From the NCBI GenBank assembly GCA_000002435.2, contig CM018793.1: a DNA stretch of 64,000 bases, one strand, 5' to 3'. Of the stretch, positions 10,335 to 21,500 are shown piece by piece. This stretch comes from Giardia intestinalis. Its lineage: Eukaryota. Each line of letters opens with the position of its first letter. The stretch's first letter is position 1. Both the position numbers and the translations under genes were made by a program. The notes beneath the pieces are model-generated. The model was not told the DNA's origin, did no database searches, and worked only from the letters and a program-made list of their open reading frames with translations.

Positions 10335-13300
10335 GTGGTTCAAAAGTTTTGCCAAGAAATTAATTGCGCAGATATGAGCATTAGGACCCTGGAGGACTGG
10401 TTTGGGGCTATCGAACGCGGAGATCTGCGTCGTGTCCAGGACCACCTGGACGTCTTCGGTGATAGTGTCGATAGGGACGGAGAAACAGGCCTTATGAAGG
10501 CCGTGAGAAGCAACAACGTGGACATCGCTAGACTCCTTATTTCAAAATGCGCTGGCCAGACGAATGAGAATGGACTGACCGCGCTGATGATAGCGGCCCT
10601 GGAGAATAAGGGCGAGATGTGCAGCCGTCTCGTTATGGACGAGAACGACATCACCACAAAGGAGCAGCAGACGGCGCTTATGCTCGCTGCTGGAGCCGGT
10701 GCCACAGATGCCGTTCAGGCTCTTTTGCCCTACCAGAAGGGTAGGCGCGACGCTCGAGGCAGGACCGCCTTGATGTATGCTGCAGAGGCGGGGCATCTGG
10801 TGATCGCAGAAGCTCTTCTGCCCCGGGAGAAAGCCATGATCTCGCACGATGAGAAGACAGCGCTTATTCTTGCTGCAGAGAATTGCCACACTGAGGTGGT
10901 TGGGCTGCTCACCCAGCACGAGTCGTCGCTGCTTCCTGACGCCACTAGACAGGTTTTCCTCAATTATTCCGAATCTGAGCACGTCAATCTCGATGTCAAT
11001 ATGCAGCTCATAGACGTCATGCGTAGCTCATCTAACTCTTTAGTCCCTCCAAAGACTGCCCTTGAGACAGAGCTGGAGGCTAGAATTAGGCAGCTCGAGA
11101 TGCGCCTTGTGACGCTCCATGATCAGTCTTCTGTGGTGCTTGGTGAGAATCTGGGGCTGCACAAGACCATCGGCTCTTTACAAGAGAACATAACCACATT
11201 TAAGCTACAGATTGACGGTTTACTTGCCGAAACGGCCGATAAGAGTGCTATCATACAGAACTTGGAGCGTCGATTGCAGGAGATACGCAACTCTCCCAAC
11301 GGACCTGCTGCAGCTGCAGCGATGTTGGATGCTGCTTCTAGCCTGTCTAACCTTCGGTCTGGTAAAGATGACGCAGAGAGGTACGATCGGATTCTCGCGG
11401 ACAAGGATGCCGAGATTTCTCGCCTTCAAGATCTTCTGAATGAGGCTGCTCGTGCGCTTCCGCCGCTGAGTCCTTATGTTGACAACGGGCTTAATGCGGA
11501 CCTTGAGCAACTCCGGGCCCAGTTATCGGACTATATAGCAGATAACGCACAGAAAGACAAAACAATCCAGCAGCTTCGCAGGGAGCTCCAGGAAGCACAA
11601 CAGAACGCGCAGGTTGTTAACTTGGATGACGCGAAAGGTGACGTGGCTAGGCTCCTTGCTGAACGCAGTGCACTGAAGAAGCGCATCGAAGATTTAGAGG
11701 GGATTAACTCGTCACTTCAGCGCCAGTTGGACTTCAACACTGAAAAGCTCCACGAGAAGGATGCTGAGATCAATGAGCTTGATACGCGCTGCCGTGAATA
11801 CGCCGGAGAAATCCAGTCTCTTTCCAAGCAGCTTGTAGACGCCGAAGAGCGTGCAGCCGAGGAGATTGCTGCTCTGCATGATAAGCTCATTAGCAAGGAT
11901 GCCGAAATATCGAACCTCTCTGATGAACTTCAGGCTGCGCGAGCCATTGCTGAGGCCAAGCTTGCTGCCGCGGAGGGCATGGTGGAGCAGCTTCAGAAGA
12001 GAGTGCATGATCTTGAGAATGATCTCATAGCTCTTCAGGTGGGAGGAAGCAACACTAGGGCAAGCCCAGAACAGGATGAAGATGCAAAGCGCAAACTCCA
12101 AGCCGAGATCGACAGACTCAAAGAGTTGGCTGATCTCCGCGAAGAAGAGGCTGCTGGACTTCGTAAGGAGGTGGGTGATCTTACGGATGAGTGCGAGAAG
12201 CTGCGCAATGCGTTTCTCAATGCCCCCACAACGCGCACCGTTATCGATGAAGCATCGAGCACTGATGCCAAGGTAGCCCACTTGCTTGAGCAGCTTGATG
12301 ATGCTAGTGCGCGCATCAGGGACCTTGAGAACGCGCATGCCGGAAAGGATGAGGTTATCAAGACTCTGCGTAAGCAACTGGTTGGAAAGGCTACTGACCC
12401 AGAGATGGCTAACCAGCTCCTTAGGAAGGAAGAAGAGCTAGGAGACTTCAAGGCAAGACTTGCTGATGCAATAAGGGAAATCTCAGACCTGCGCAGCAGC
12501 GCTCGTGACGCTGAGGATCTTCAGCAGGCGCTCGACAAAGCAACAACTGATTACGCAAAACTTATGGAGGACTTCGATGAACGCGAGCAAGAGATCAAGC
12601 GTCTCCGTGACGAATTGCGTGATGCAGAAGATGCAGACGAACTTAAGAACCAGATCCTTTGTCGGGACGCCGAGATCACAGACCTCAAGAATGACCTTGC
12701 TGAGAAGGAGGACACCATCACAAGCCTTCAGAACCAGCTCAGCGTACAGCCCACCACGAGCACCATCGTTGAGGAGGGTGGAAGCGATATGGAAGATGCG
12801 GCAACAATCAAGGAGCTTCAGAGCGAGAACCAGTTCCTTCGCGAGGCTCTAGAGTCAGAAAGGCAGACGAATTCTGAAAAAGATAAAGAAATCCAAGGAA
12901 TGGACACAGAGCTCGCCAGGCTCAGGCTCCGCCTCGATGAGAGCCTCCCCGCTCTCGACACCTTGCGCAGTGAGGTGGAGCTTCTCAAGTCCACCATGGA
13001 GGACAAGGACAGGGAAATTGTCGATCTCAAGAATACCCTCGATGAGCGCGCGACAGATGTTCCAATCGAGACTGTTGATGCTCTCAACGCCATGCTGGAG
13101 GACATTAATCAAGAGCTTGCCGTCTCGAAGCAGGAAGTCGAGCGCCTCAAGGACCAGCTTGACGACAAAGAGAAGAACATGGCTGACATGCGTCTCAAGG
13201 AGCGTCAAAAGGAGGCCGAGCTGGACGAACTCTCGAACATGATTCAGGCCAGTATGGTTGGGCCGGACAAGGCTGCGGAAATGACTGCCTTGCAGGATGA

Positions 13301-13493
13301 AATCCGTAGCCTTCACAACAAGCTTGCAGCCAATGAGTCAGAGATAGAGCAGACAAAGGACGATTTACTAAAGAAGCAAGAGGAGATGGAAAGACAGGCA
13401 GCTGCCATATCGTACTACCAACAATTGGTGGAAGACCTACGTGCTGGAATAGCCACATTAGACGACAACCTAGCGTCTATTCAGCCACAATAA
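10335..13493 (+). CDS. Ankyrin-repeat plus long coiled-coil protein (1052 aa)
   Basis: N-terminal ankyrin units (GETGLMKAVRSNNVDIARLLI, GLTALMIAALENKGEMCSRLV, QTALMLAAGAGATDAVQALL, GRTALMYAAEAGHLVIAEALL), followed by about 800 aa of E/K/L/Q-rich heptad-type coiled coil. Confidence 0.8.
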   Translation: MVQKFCQEINCADMSIRTLEDWFGAIERGDLRRVQDHLDVFGDSVDRDGETGLMKAVRSNNVDIARLLISKCAGQTNENGLTALMIAALENKGEMCSRLVMDENDITTKEQQTALMLAAGAGATDAVQALLPYQKGRRDARGRTALMYAAEAGHLVIAEALLPREKAMISHDEKTALILAAENCHTEVVGLLTQHESSLLPDATRQVFLNYSESEHVNLDVNMQLIDVMRSSSNSLVPPKTALETELEARIRQLEMRLVTLHDQSSVVLGENLGLHKTIGSLQENITTFKLQIDGLLAETADKSAIIQNLERRLQEIRNSPNGPAAAAAMLDAASSLSNLRSGKDDAERYDRILADKDAEISRLQDLLNEAARALPPLSPYVDNGLNADLEQLRAQLSDYIADNAQKDKTIQQLRRELQEAQQNAQVVNLDDAKGDVARLLAERSALKKRIEDLEGINSSLQRQLDFNTEKLHEKDAEINELDTRCREYAGEIQSLSKQLVDAEERAAEEIAALHDKLISKDAEISNLSDELQAARAIAEAKLAAAEGMVEQLQKRVHDLENDLIALQVGGSNTRASPEQDEDAKRKLQAEIDRLKELADLREEEAAGLRKEVGDLTDECEKLRNAFLNAPTTRTVIDEASSTDAKVAHLLEQLDDASARIRDLENAHAGKDEVIKTLRKQLVGKATDPEMANQLLRKEEELGDFKARLADAIREISDLRSSARDAEDLQQALDKATTDYAKLMEDFDEREQEIKRLRDELRDAEDADELKNQILCRDAEITDLKNDLAEKEDTITSLQNQLSVQPTTSTIVEEGGSDMEDAATIKELQSENQFLREALESERQTNSEKDKEIQGMDTELARLRLRLDESLPALDTLRSEVELLKSTMEDKDREIVDLKNTLDERATDVPIETVDALNAMLEDINQELAVSKQEVERLKDQLDDKEKNMADMRLKERQKEAELDELSNMIQASMVGPDKAAEMTALQDEIRSLHNKLAANESEIEQTKDDLLKKQEEMERQAAAISYYQQLVEDLRAGIATLDDNLASIQPQ

Positions 13494-13534
13494 ACAAGCA
13501 GGATTGCGGCTCGAATCCAGTAAATTTTCTTGCA

Positions 13535-14272
13535 TTATGCAACGTCAGAAATGTAGTCTGCGAAGATATCACTAGGCGGCTCCTCGGGTTTGGGGTTATC
13601 TGGTACCAGTGATGTCTGCAGAGACCGTGCGGCCTGCTGAGCTGGCTGGGGCTGCTGAGAAGGCTGTGCTTCCACCACAGCCTGGGGTAGCATGTGCAGC
13701 TTACAACAATGATTCTGCTGAGATGCTGGGGGAGGCTTGAAAGGAGGAGGCTGGATGGGCTGTATTCCTTCGTGCCGCTTCTCGTAATGTGAGACAAGAA
13801 AGTGATAATCTGCAAAGACCTTTCCACACACGTGGCAGCGGAAAAGCATATTGACCGTTTCCGGATTAACAGAAGCCAGCCGGAGCATCATCGCGTCTGT
13901 CTGCCGCTTGGCGCGCTCTATGCGCAATTGCTTCCGGAGAGCGTCCCGCTCCGCAAGTAGCGCCTGTATGTCTGGCGACGGGGGTGGATTAGCTCTAGCC
14001 AAATCTATTTCATGCATCAGGACATCCTGCATGTGGAGAAGATACTGGGCAAGATACTGTTGCACAGAAGCCAGTCTTACAACATCCTCAGGTACGCCTC
14101 CCTGGCGGAAAGGGGTCTCTATGTCGCCAAATGCTAGAGAACTCGCGACAGTTCCGAAAACTCTAAAGTCGTTTCTGGCAAGCGCATTTTCCAAATTTAA
14201 CCCGTACAGCTCCTTCCAGTCAAAGGGTACGTAAGGCTTGCTATACTGGAATGGTGGTTGATGCGGGTGCAT
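13535..14272 (-). CDS. DZIP1-like C2H2 zinc-finger protein (candidate basal-body/ciliary protein)
   Basis: PFDWKEL, VRLASVQQYLAQYLLHMQDVL and the single C2H2 finger CHVCGKVFADYHFLVSHYEKRH occur in the same order as the Dzip-like N-domain and zinc finger of DZIP1 ([46 protein letters not shown]). The comparison is from memory, not a database search. Confidence 0.55.
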   Translation of the reverse strand: MHPHQPPFQYSKPYVPFDWKELYGLNLENALARNDFRVFGTVASSLAFGDIETPFRQGGVPEDVVRLASVQQYLAQYLLHMQDVLMHEIDLARANPPPSPDIQALLAERDALRKQLRIERAKRQTDAMMLRLASVNPETVNMLFRCHVCGKVFADYHFLVSHYEKRHEGIQPIQPPPFKPPPASQQNHCCKLHMLPQAVVEAQPSQQPQPAQQAARSLQTSLVPDNPKPEEPPSDIFADYISDVA

Positions 14273-14281
14273 TTTTTAAGA

Positions 14282-16360
14282 TCAATTCATATAAAGTCTA
14301 CATCGCGTCGAGCCGCATTGGCAAAAAAGCTTGTTATCTGCAGACTCCTTGCTCAGATAGTAATTCTGGGTGACTTCTGCTCCTTCTCCAAGATTGGACA
14401 GCATAGAGATAGCAATCCCTTGTGATTGTGAAATCAGACTAACCGGCTCTAGGGCGTTGTTAGATGCGGAGAACCTTGCATGGACAGATTCCGCTGTGGG
14501 AGCGCAGCTATGGTTGAGAAATCTAGCAAAGTTTCCTTTGAGCGTGGCGTCAATGACATAGTTATTCTTGATGCTGAACATGTAAACGGACTTCAGACCT
14601 GACTCCGCATAGAGGCGCTCTCGAATATCCGCAACAAGGGAGCTAATAACGTCACCGCAATACTCCGTAATCAATTCTTTCCTCTGAGCCGGCTCAGCAA
14701 GAAACAGGCCAAATCCATGGATTGATGATCTATAATAAAATAGCTCTCTGGTCCTCTGAGGGTAGGGCCTAAACACGGAAGAGAGAACAGGATCTGTCTT
14801 GAGACACCGCATGTAACAGGGTGGGAGCCGGATATCAGAAATGTAGTGATACATTTGGTCATCCGATACACTTTGACGCCCCCTTAACCGGTGCATTCTA
14901 TGCTTCATTAACGCAGCCTTTGGGTTAGAGTTTTGTTTAGTGGAAGAAAGGGCGCGTTTATGAATCGCTTGGACAAGAGCATCTATATTTCTCTTCTTTA
15001 TAAGCTGTCTGTAGTGGGGGAAACCGGTCTGGAGTTGCTTTGTTGGTACGCAATGGTATGCCTTTTCTTTTTCTGGGGAAGCGTAAATCCTATGGATACG
15101 TGTCTGCATTATGTAAAAGTTTAAATAGCTCAGCTGCGTCAATCGATGTCTTTTTTGCTGTTGTGAAATCAGATTGGCATATCTCTCCTCCTTGAGTATA
15201 CAAGCATCTATTCCATCTTCTACTTTAAATGTTTGAAATAGGCTATCTAGTAGAGCACTTAGGCGACACGCCTCTGCAAGATGATTAAGTAGGTTCGGTG
15301 ACAAGAAAGACCCCGAAGTACCTCGATCGTTTATATTTACGTCGACGCTTCCCAGGGTATCTGCAGATTGATTTGACATAACCATATAGGTTGACGATTC
15401 GCTTGGTGGCACGGAATGGCTGGAATTAGGTGATGTATGGAGAGATACGGCCAGCTCAGAAACTATCCGCCTGCAGCACTCATAAAAGCTAGGGTCCTGC
15501 ATTTTATCTGCCCATGACGAGAGAGGATAGAACTGCAGGGAATCCATAATAAACAGGGTTGCCTTGATGAGTAGAAAGTGCGAAGATCTCTGACGGTATC
15601 CCTTCAATGTGTCTAGCTGGCCAATAAGCGACTGTAGGAATTTATCAGGTGGTGGGTCCTCGACAACCATGATGAGGACCTCGCGCAGAATAGTGTAGAG
15701 GCGAGGCACCGCCGGCATTCTAACATGCATCAATAGATGCTCTCCTTCGGGGAGAGAAATGGTGTATAGTAGCACTGCCTTTGCCGCTTCTTCATGCATG
15801 GAAAACGCTATGCTTCTCACTTTGTTGAAGACAACAACTCGCTCTTGCATGGCCTCCATTTTTGAAAGGTTAAACGAAGATCTGAATGAATGCATGGGAA
15901 GGGTACAGTTGGTTATAGTATCACCATCCCCCTGAGCCGCTTCCGAAAGGCCAATCTGGTCTGTTCCAGGAGCATATGGCTCATACTGAAGCCACCCAAG
16001 ATGAAGTTCCCGCCGAAGATGCTGACTAGACCGTGGATTTGCCGCTAGCTGCTCTCGCTCAGCGGTAGTTAACACTCTGTGGATGACTGGGAGCTCGCCC
16101 AGAAGCTTGCTTGGAGAATTGGAAATGCCCTCTTCGCGGCTCCAGGTGACCGTGGGAAGAGGCGGAAAGTTGAACACAGGCAGCAGACTGCACTCATCAA
16201 CGCTCTGTGCGGCTGGAAAGGACCCTGGAAGAGTGCTAAGATCCTTTCCCACGAGAGAAGACGGAAAGTCTCGTGACTGCTCATGAAGCATAGCGATCTT
16301 AGCTCGCTCCTCCCTCTGTAACCTTACTGGATTTGAGCGTAATCGGTAGTCAGCTGACAT
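14282..16360 (-). CDS. SET-domain protein-lysine (histone) methyltransferase
   Basis: The C-terminal SET domain has RFLNHSCAPT (the NHSC motif), and a Cys-rich post-SET CQCGSTRC follows it. 692 aa. Confidence 0.8.
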   Translation of the reverse strand: MSADYRLRSNPVRLQREERAKIAMLHEQSRDFPSSLVGKDLSTLPGSFPAAQSVDECSLLPVFNFPPLPTVTWSREEGISNSPSKLLGELPVIHRVLTTAEREQLAANPRSSQHLRRELHLGWLQYEPYAPGTDQIGLSEAAQGDGDTITNCTLPMHSFRSSFNLSKMEAMQERVVVFNKVRSIAFSMHEEAAKAVLLYTISLPEGEHLLMHVRMPAVPRLYTILREVLIMVVEDPPPDKFLQSLIGQLDTLKGYRQRSSHFLLIKATLFIMDSLQFYPLSSWADKMQDPSFYECCRRIVSELAVSLHTSPNSSHSVPPSESSTYMVMSNQSADTLGSVDVNINDRGTSGSFLSPNLLNHLAEACRLSALLDSLFQTFKVEDGIDACILKEERYANLISQQQKRHRLTQLSYLNFYIMQTRIHRIYASPEKEKAYHCVPTKQLQTGFPHYRQLIKKRNIDALVQAIHKRALSSTKQNSNPKAALMKHRMHRLRGRQSVSDDQMYHYISDIRLPPCYMRCLKTDPVLSSVFRPYPQRTRELFYYRSSIHGFGLFLAEPAQRKELITEYCGDVISSLVADIRERLYAESGLKSVYMFSIKNNYVIDATLKGNFARFLNHSCAPTAESVHARFSASNNALEPVSLISQSQGIAISMLSNLGEGAEVTQNYYLSKESADNKLFCQCGSTRCRLYMN

Positions 16361-16387
16361 GGGTCCCTGAGTTGAAAGACTTTTTAG

Positions 16388-17452
16388 TTAAGGAGCGAAT
16401 GCCTTCTTATCAGAGCCAACCAATGCCGCCTCGCATGCATTCCGTAAGAGCGTGGAATTGTACCGAGTACTGTTGAGGCGATAAGACTTGTGAATGCTAA
16501 ACGTGGCAGTCGTGTTTTTCATCCGCTTATGGGACAACCGGGACTTTTCTAATTGAACGTTCGTTCTTGTTGCATCCACGATAACGCCTTTGCTTAGTAG
16601 AATCTCTAAAGTGGTCATGATGCTTGCCTCAGGAATGTCTATGTCAACTCCCATCGCTACTTTGTAGCCGCGCCGAATTTCTAACAGACTTATCGTGCCA
16701 TTAGATTCTCTGCAGTGATCTAGGATAACACTAAGAACCTTGGCCTCCATCTCAGAGAGTTCCAAGGCCATTCCATGGGACTTATATCGTTGTAAAGCCT
16801 GGTTGAGAGCTTCGTGCACATCCTTCAGCCCCACTTTGGTCGCTGTGCCAGCTAAAACACGCAGATTCTGAACTGTACGGACCAGTATGCGAATGTCCCC
16901 GTGTCTGTGCTTCACAATCTGAGATGCTAGAAATGTAAGTGTAGCCTTGTCTGCAACCAGCTCAGCATCAAGAAACAGTGCCTGAGAAATAGCAATAAGT
17001 TCATTGATAGATGGAGCAGGAAATGAGTGAATGTGTGGCTTGATGCTACTGCCGAAGAAAACAGATATACGAGATTGCAGCTCTACTGTAAAGTCATTTA
17101 TAAGCCCAAGGACCGGGTTCGATAGGGCTAGAACCTTCAAAGGCGAGAGGCTATCAACAGTACGCTGATCCGTAAACGCGAAAAGAGAGTCAAGCTCGTC
17201 AATAACGTAGACCGTTTGTGGTCGCGGCTGTAACGTGAGGACTTCAGTACGGGCTGCATAGCAATTTAAAAGGCAAAACTCTATGCCCTCCTGCTTCACT
17301 CGTGGCTGAAGGTAGGACCTGATAGAGTACGTTTTCCCTATTCCAGGAAGCCCTGAAAGGATGTGGATGGCGCCACCACCTGCCTTGGCTGTTTCTATTA
17401 AGCTTTTTGTCAGCAGAGACATGACAGCGCATCTTTCTGCGTCTAACTGCAT
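16388..17452 (-). CDS. ORC/Cdc6-family AAA+ ATPase (small archaeal-type Orc1/Cdc6-like)
   Basis: Walker A GLPGIGKT, Walker B VYVIDELD, sensor-2-like GDIRILVRTVQNL, and a C-terminal winged-helix-like tail. 354 aa. Confidence 0.6.
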   Translation of the reverse strand: MQLDAERCAVMSLLTKSLIETAKAGGGAIHILSGLPGIGKTYSIRSYLQPRVKQEGIEFCLLNCYAARTEVLTLQPRPQTVYVIDELDSLFAFTDQRTVDSLSPLKVLALSNPVLGLINDFTVELQSRISVFFGSSIKPHIHSFPAPSINELIAISQALFLDAELVADKATLTFLASQIVKHRHGDIRILVRTVQNLRVLAGTATKVGLKDVHEALNQALQRYKSHGMALELSEMEAKVLSVILDHCRESNGTISLLEIRRGYKVAMGVDIDIPEASIMTTLEILLSKGVIVDATRTNVQLEKSRLSHKRMKNTTATFSIHKSYRLNSTRYNSTLLRNACEAALVGSDKKAFAP

Positions 17453-18536
17453 TTCTACAGAGTGTTAAAACTATAGTTACGAACTCAGATAGAAATTCTG
17501 AATTTATTAGAGAGATGTGATTTATTTCTCCTCTGACTCCCGCTATGCCTCACTTCTCTTTTAACTAGAACTATGGTAATCATTATACGTACGTCAGGAG
17601 AGTGTTTTGTCAGGTGGAGGTACTAAGCAGAGACCGGATCATCACTAGATTGTTCAGGTAAAACACCCGGCTGAGCCGTCCCCCAAGGTGGTCTCTCATT
17701 GGTTTCTGGTCCACCGCTAGGCTCTGGTAGAGAAGAGGACCTGGCGATTCCCTCTTTGGGTACCACCAGCTCACTGCCCATATTATAGAGATTAGCCCTA
17801 TCATTCACCAACGCCCCAGAGTCAGCAAGCAGCCACCAATAGAGCTTCTTGATGACGCGTTTACTATCTAAGCCACACCTTCATGTGACACACGGACCAC
17901 CAGCCGAGGACCCCGACAACGACGTCCTCCATTATCCCAGCATGCCTTGTGACCTGGCTTGTGTGACCTTCGGCTTGTCCCTGTCACTGAACGCACCCTT
18001 GGAGCCAGACGAGCGAGGACCAGTGGTCGACCGCAGCAGAGGATAAGGCCCAGTTCCTGTTAGAGTAGAGGTCATGGAGAGGTAGCTGAGGGCGCCTGTG
18101 GCTGGGATCAGATGGATTGGGCTTTCAGTGTAGACCAACACGCATCGTTGTTCCCTGAGGAAGACAGACATTATCCCTGAGCATAAGAAGAACTTTCAAG
18201 CAGACAGTGAAGCCTGACAATTCACAGAACTGGATCATCTACGTTCACTTTCAGATCAACTGTGCTCAGCCCCTTGTTGCTACACTTTGGCGTCTTTCGG
18301 GGAGGGATGATTATGCACTGAAGAGACAGTACTTTAGATAACGTTTCTTGTGAGTAAGCATGGGAGTAATTGTACGTAGCCTATGATGACTTTTAGCAAG
18401 AGTGTATCGCTACGGTGGAACCGTGCCAAGAGTTCCCTGAGCACACCTAAGTCATATGTCCAGTCGTATTGTGCTACGAATAAGTAGCTATAGCTAGGTA
18501 TCCAGCGGATAAGCTATCAGTAAACCCTGCCTCTCT

Positions 18537-21500
18537 GTGGAGAATAAGTGTTGCTTACTTTCTAAAAAAGGGTTTAAGCATTTTCTTATGTCCGAGTTCT
18601 CCATTAATCCGCATAGCCTAACATACTTGGAGGATGGGCAGTTTCTTTCTGGCTTCCAGACGGCAGTTACTCGCTCGGAGCAGTTCCTTTATGTAAAGCC
18701 TCTTTCTAACCGAGTCAAGGAACACGCTGGAACACTAAAGAACTTGTCCGCCAGCCAAGCAAGCGTTGTTGAGATTAGATCAGTTGCAAGGCACCTTCGT
18801 GCTGAGCTTCAAGACTTTAAAACTAACGTCTCCGCAACATCACAAGTTGCAGAGAAGGAAGGTGAGGGCTTTATTTCGCAGGCTAATGAGGTGGCAAATA
18901 CCATCACCCACTTAGAACGGGTACAAGCCGTCAGAGCATACCTTCTGGATGTCAACAAGTGTGTTTCTACGCTTTTGCGCATAAAGGACGCCATTAATGA
19001 GTGCAAGACGTTCCGCACAGAATTTGATAAGCTTATGCTGGTGGTCGACGGCCTTGACCCAACGAATCAAAACGACGTCGGGGCCTTTACATACAATGCT
19101 AGGTTGCTCGTAGCTCCCTGTAAGCAGGTCAAGGACATCGTGGCAGATTTGTTTTCGTTTGAGCGAGAGGTATTGCCTTCGGTAAAGCGTCTCTCCATTC
19201 ATAAAGATTTTCACTGCCAGGTGAGGTTTCTTAAGGGCGATATCTTCCAGGGAATTCTTCTAAGTTCCCTCAATTCTTGGCTGTCAGAGCTGCGTAAAGG
19301 CTCATCTCTCCTTGGATGCCGATTGATGATCTTAGCCGATCAATCCATTATAGACACAAATGACTCCTTTAGCAAGGCACTCCAGGAGTTCCACGCTGAT
19401 CGAACCACTGGATCTGCAAAGAATGCCGGTGCCATCTACGATGTGAGCAGCGATACAGCCGTCAAGTCAGAGGATCAGTCAGCGGCTACTACCTCATTAT
19501 TGGAAAAGCTCACTGCTCTCGGGCGCAATGTTCGCAGCGAGTGCTATTTTGACTACGTCAATGAAATACTAGCAGTTTCTGAACTCTTGGGTTTCAAGGA
19601 AGAAGCGATTACCCATATTATCTCAGTAAGGCAAAAGCAGGAGCCTATAGTAGAAGCCTTTGACTACCTTCAATACATGGAATCTTTAAATAGTAAGAAG
19701 ATATATGAGAGGGTTTACGCCTACATCGGGTACTTCTTCTACAACGCTTTACTCGCCTCCATAGTGCCCTCTCTTTCTCAAATAATGAATGAGCTGACTA
19801 TTTCTAGATTTACCGTGCTATTGCGCCGCCTATGTGACGAGTATTGCAATGCACCTGACGCGGCCTTTATACTTGAGTTCCATCGCATTATCCTTTGCAT
19901 ACGATTCCTGGAAAACTTTCCAAAAGCCGATGACATTGTTTCCTACTTCATGGACGTCTGTTTGAAAGTACACTGTGAAACCCAGGCCACTAAACACCGC
20001 TTATCCATCATCTCTGTTATTCAGGGGCTTCACATTAACACTGATAAATCAGATACTGCAAGGATATTGACCTTAAGAGAGGGTTTTGTGGACACATTGC
20101 TCCTCTCCCTAAAGGGCCAAACCAAGGAGACACTAAATGATACTACAATTAAGCTGCAGCGATACATTTATTACGAGACTTTACAAAAGGCAGTTGATCT
20201 TTCGATCATTATCCTTGAATTTATCTTCGGTTCGCTGCTTTTCTTCTATCCTTCATGCAAGATCTTGCAGCAATACAAAGCCAATTATGACAAAATGCTC
20301 TCCCTTATAACATTCGTATGTTGTGGGGACCCTGCTCCCTCAGCCCTTGCAGCACTGAGATGTGTACAAGAACAGGTTAGTGTCACGACTTTGCTAGACA
20401 GGGTCTTCTCCTTCCTCCTGGTCAACGTACATCCGCAGCTCATAGAGGCACTTTCGGACGTCTCTCAGAATAATATATTGGACATTCTGCAGAATCTTTA
20501 TCTATTCAAAGGCTTCGACATTTCATTGAGACTGGTGTCAAAGGTACTTTTTGCCCTTTTTGGTTCGCGGGAGCTGTGCAGGCCGTTTGATGATATCATC
20601 GACCCGCTATATGCAAGCATGTTCAGCTCATTGAGCTACGTGCTTCCAGATCCAATTGTCAAGTCTCTCCGGTTCTTTGCAGCCACTAATCAGCCAATTG
20701 ACTTCTGCACTAGTGATTCTGTGGCTGCTCCAAAAATCTTCCCAGGTACCCTTTCGATTTCACTGATAAATAAGTATAACTCCCCAGTTCCAACAGATAC
20801 CTCACTTCCGTTTAAGCTTTATCTGGAGCGCTTTTTGAACTACTTTATCGCAGCGCTCAGATTTCTGCCTACAGAGTTGGTTAATCAGATAATTAGGATT
20901 TCCAACGTTCTACTGGTGGATTCGTTTTTGCAAACAGTTTCCAAGTCGACTGCTCTCCGTATCCCAGCATCTGGAGGACTCCGAGCCTTCTGCGAGGATC
21001 TGAAGACACTGCAGGAAATCTCGGTTACAACCGGAATTTACTACGAGCTCAGTTGTAGCAATACGCATGAGAGTCTTGTGAGTCTATATAACCTAGAGGA
21101 AAATGAAAGCATGAGACCTCCTAAGCAAAAGATGTTCGTTGCGCTGGCTACTACAATAGCAAAGGAAACACCGGGATATGGTGGATTCAAGATCCAGAGC
21201 GAGAGTGAGACTGTTGCAGATAAAATTAACGTAACAATAGCGGACCTGAGTACGTTTTTACATTTAATCGAGTTCAATGATAGAGCAATCTCATTACTAT
21301 CCACATTTCAATTGGACAATCAACAGCACTTGCAGTCTCTGCGAAATAAATGCTATGACATTATGAATGACGAGGCAATAGATATAAGTAGGCTATCTGA
21401 TAGGGAGGGGCGTCTTGTTAAAATGCTTTCTCTATCCAACGATGAATTTAGAAAGGTTCAGGCGGAATTTTTAGATTACATTGCAAATGCTTGCAGCACC

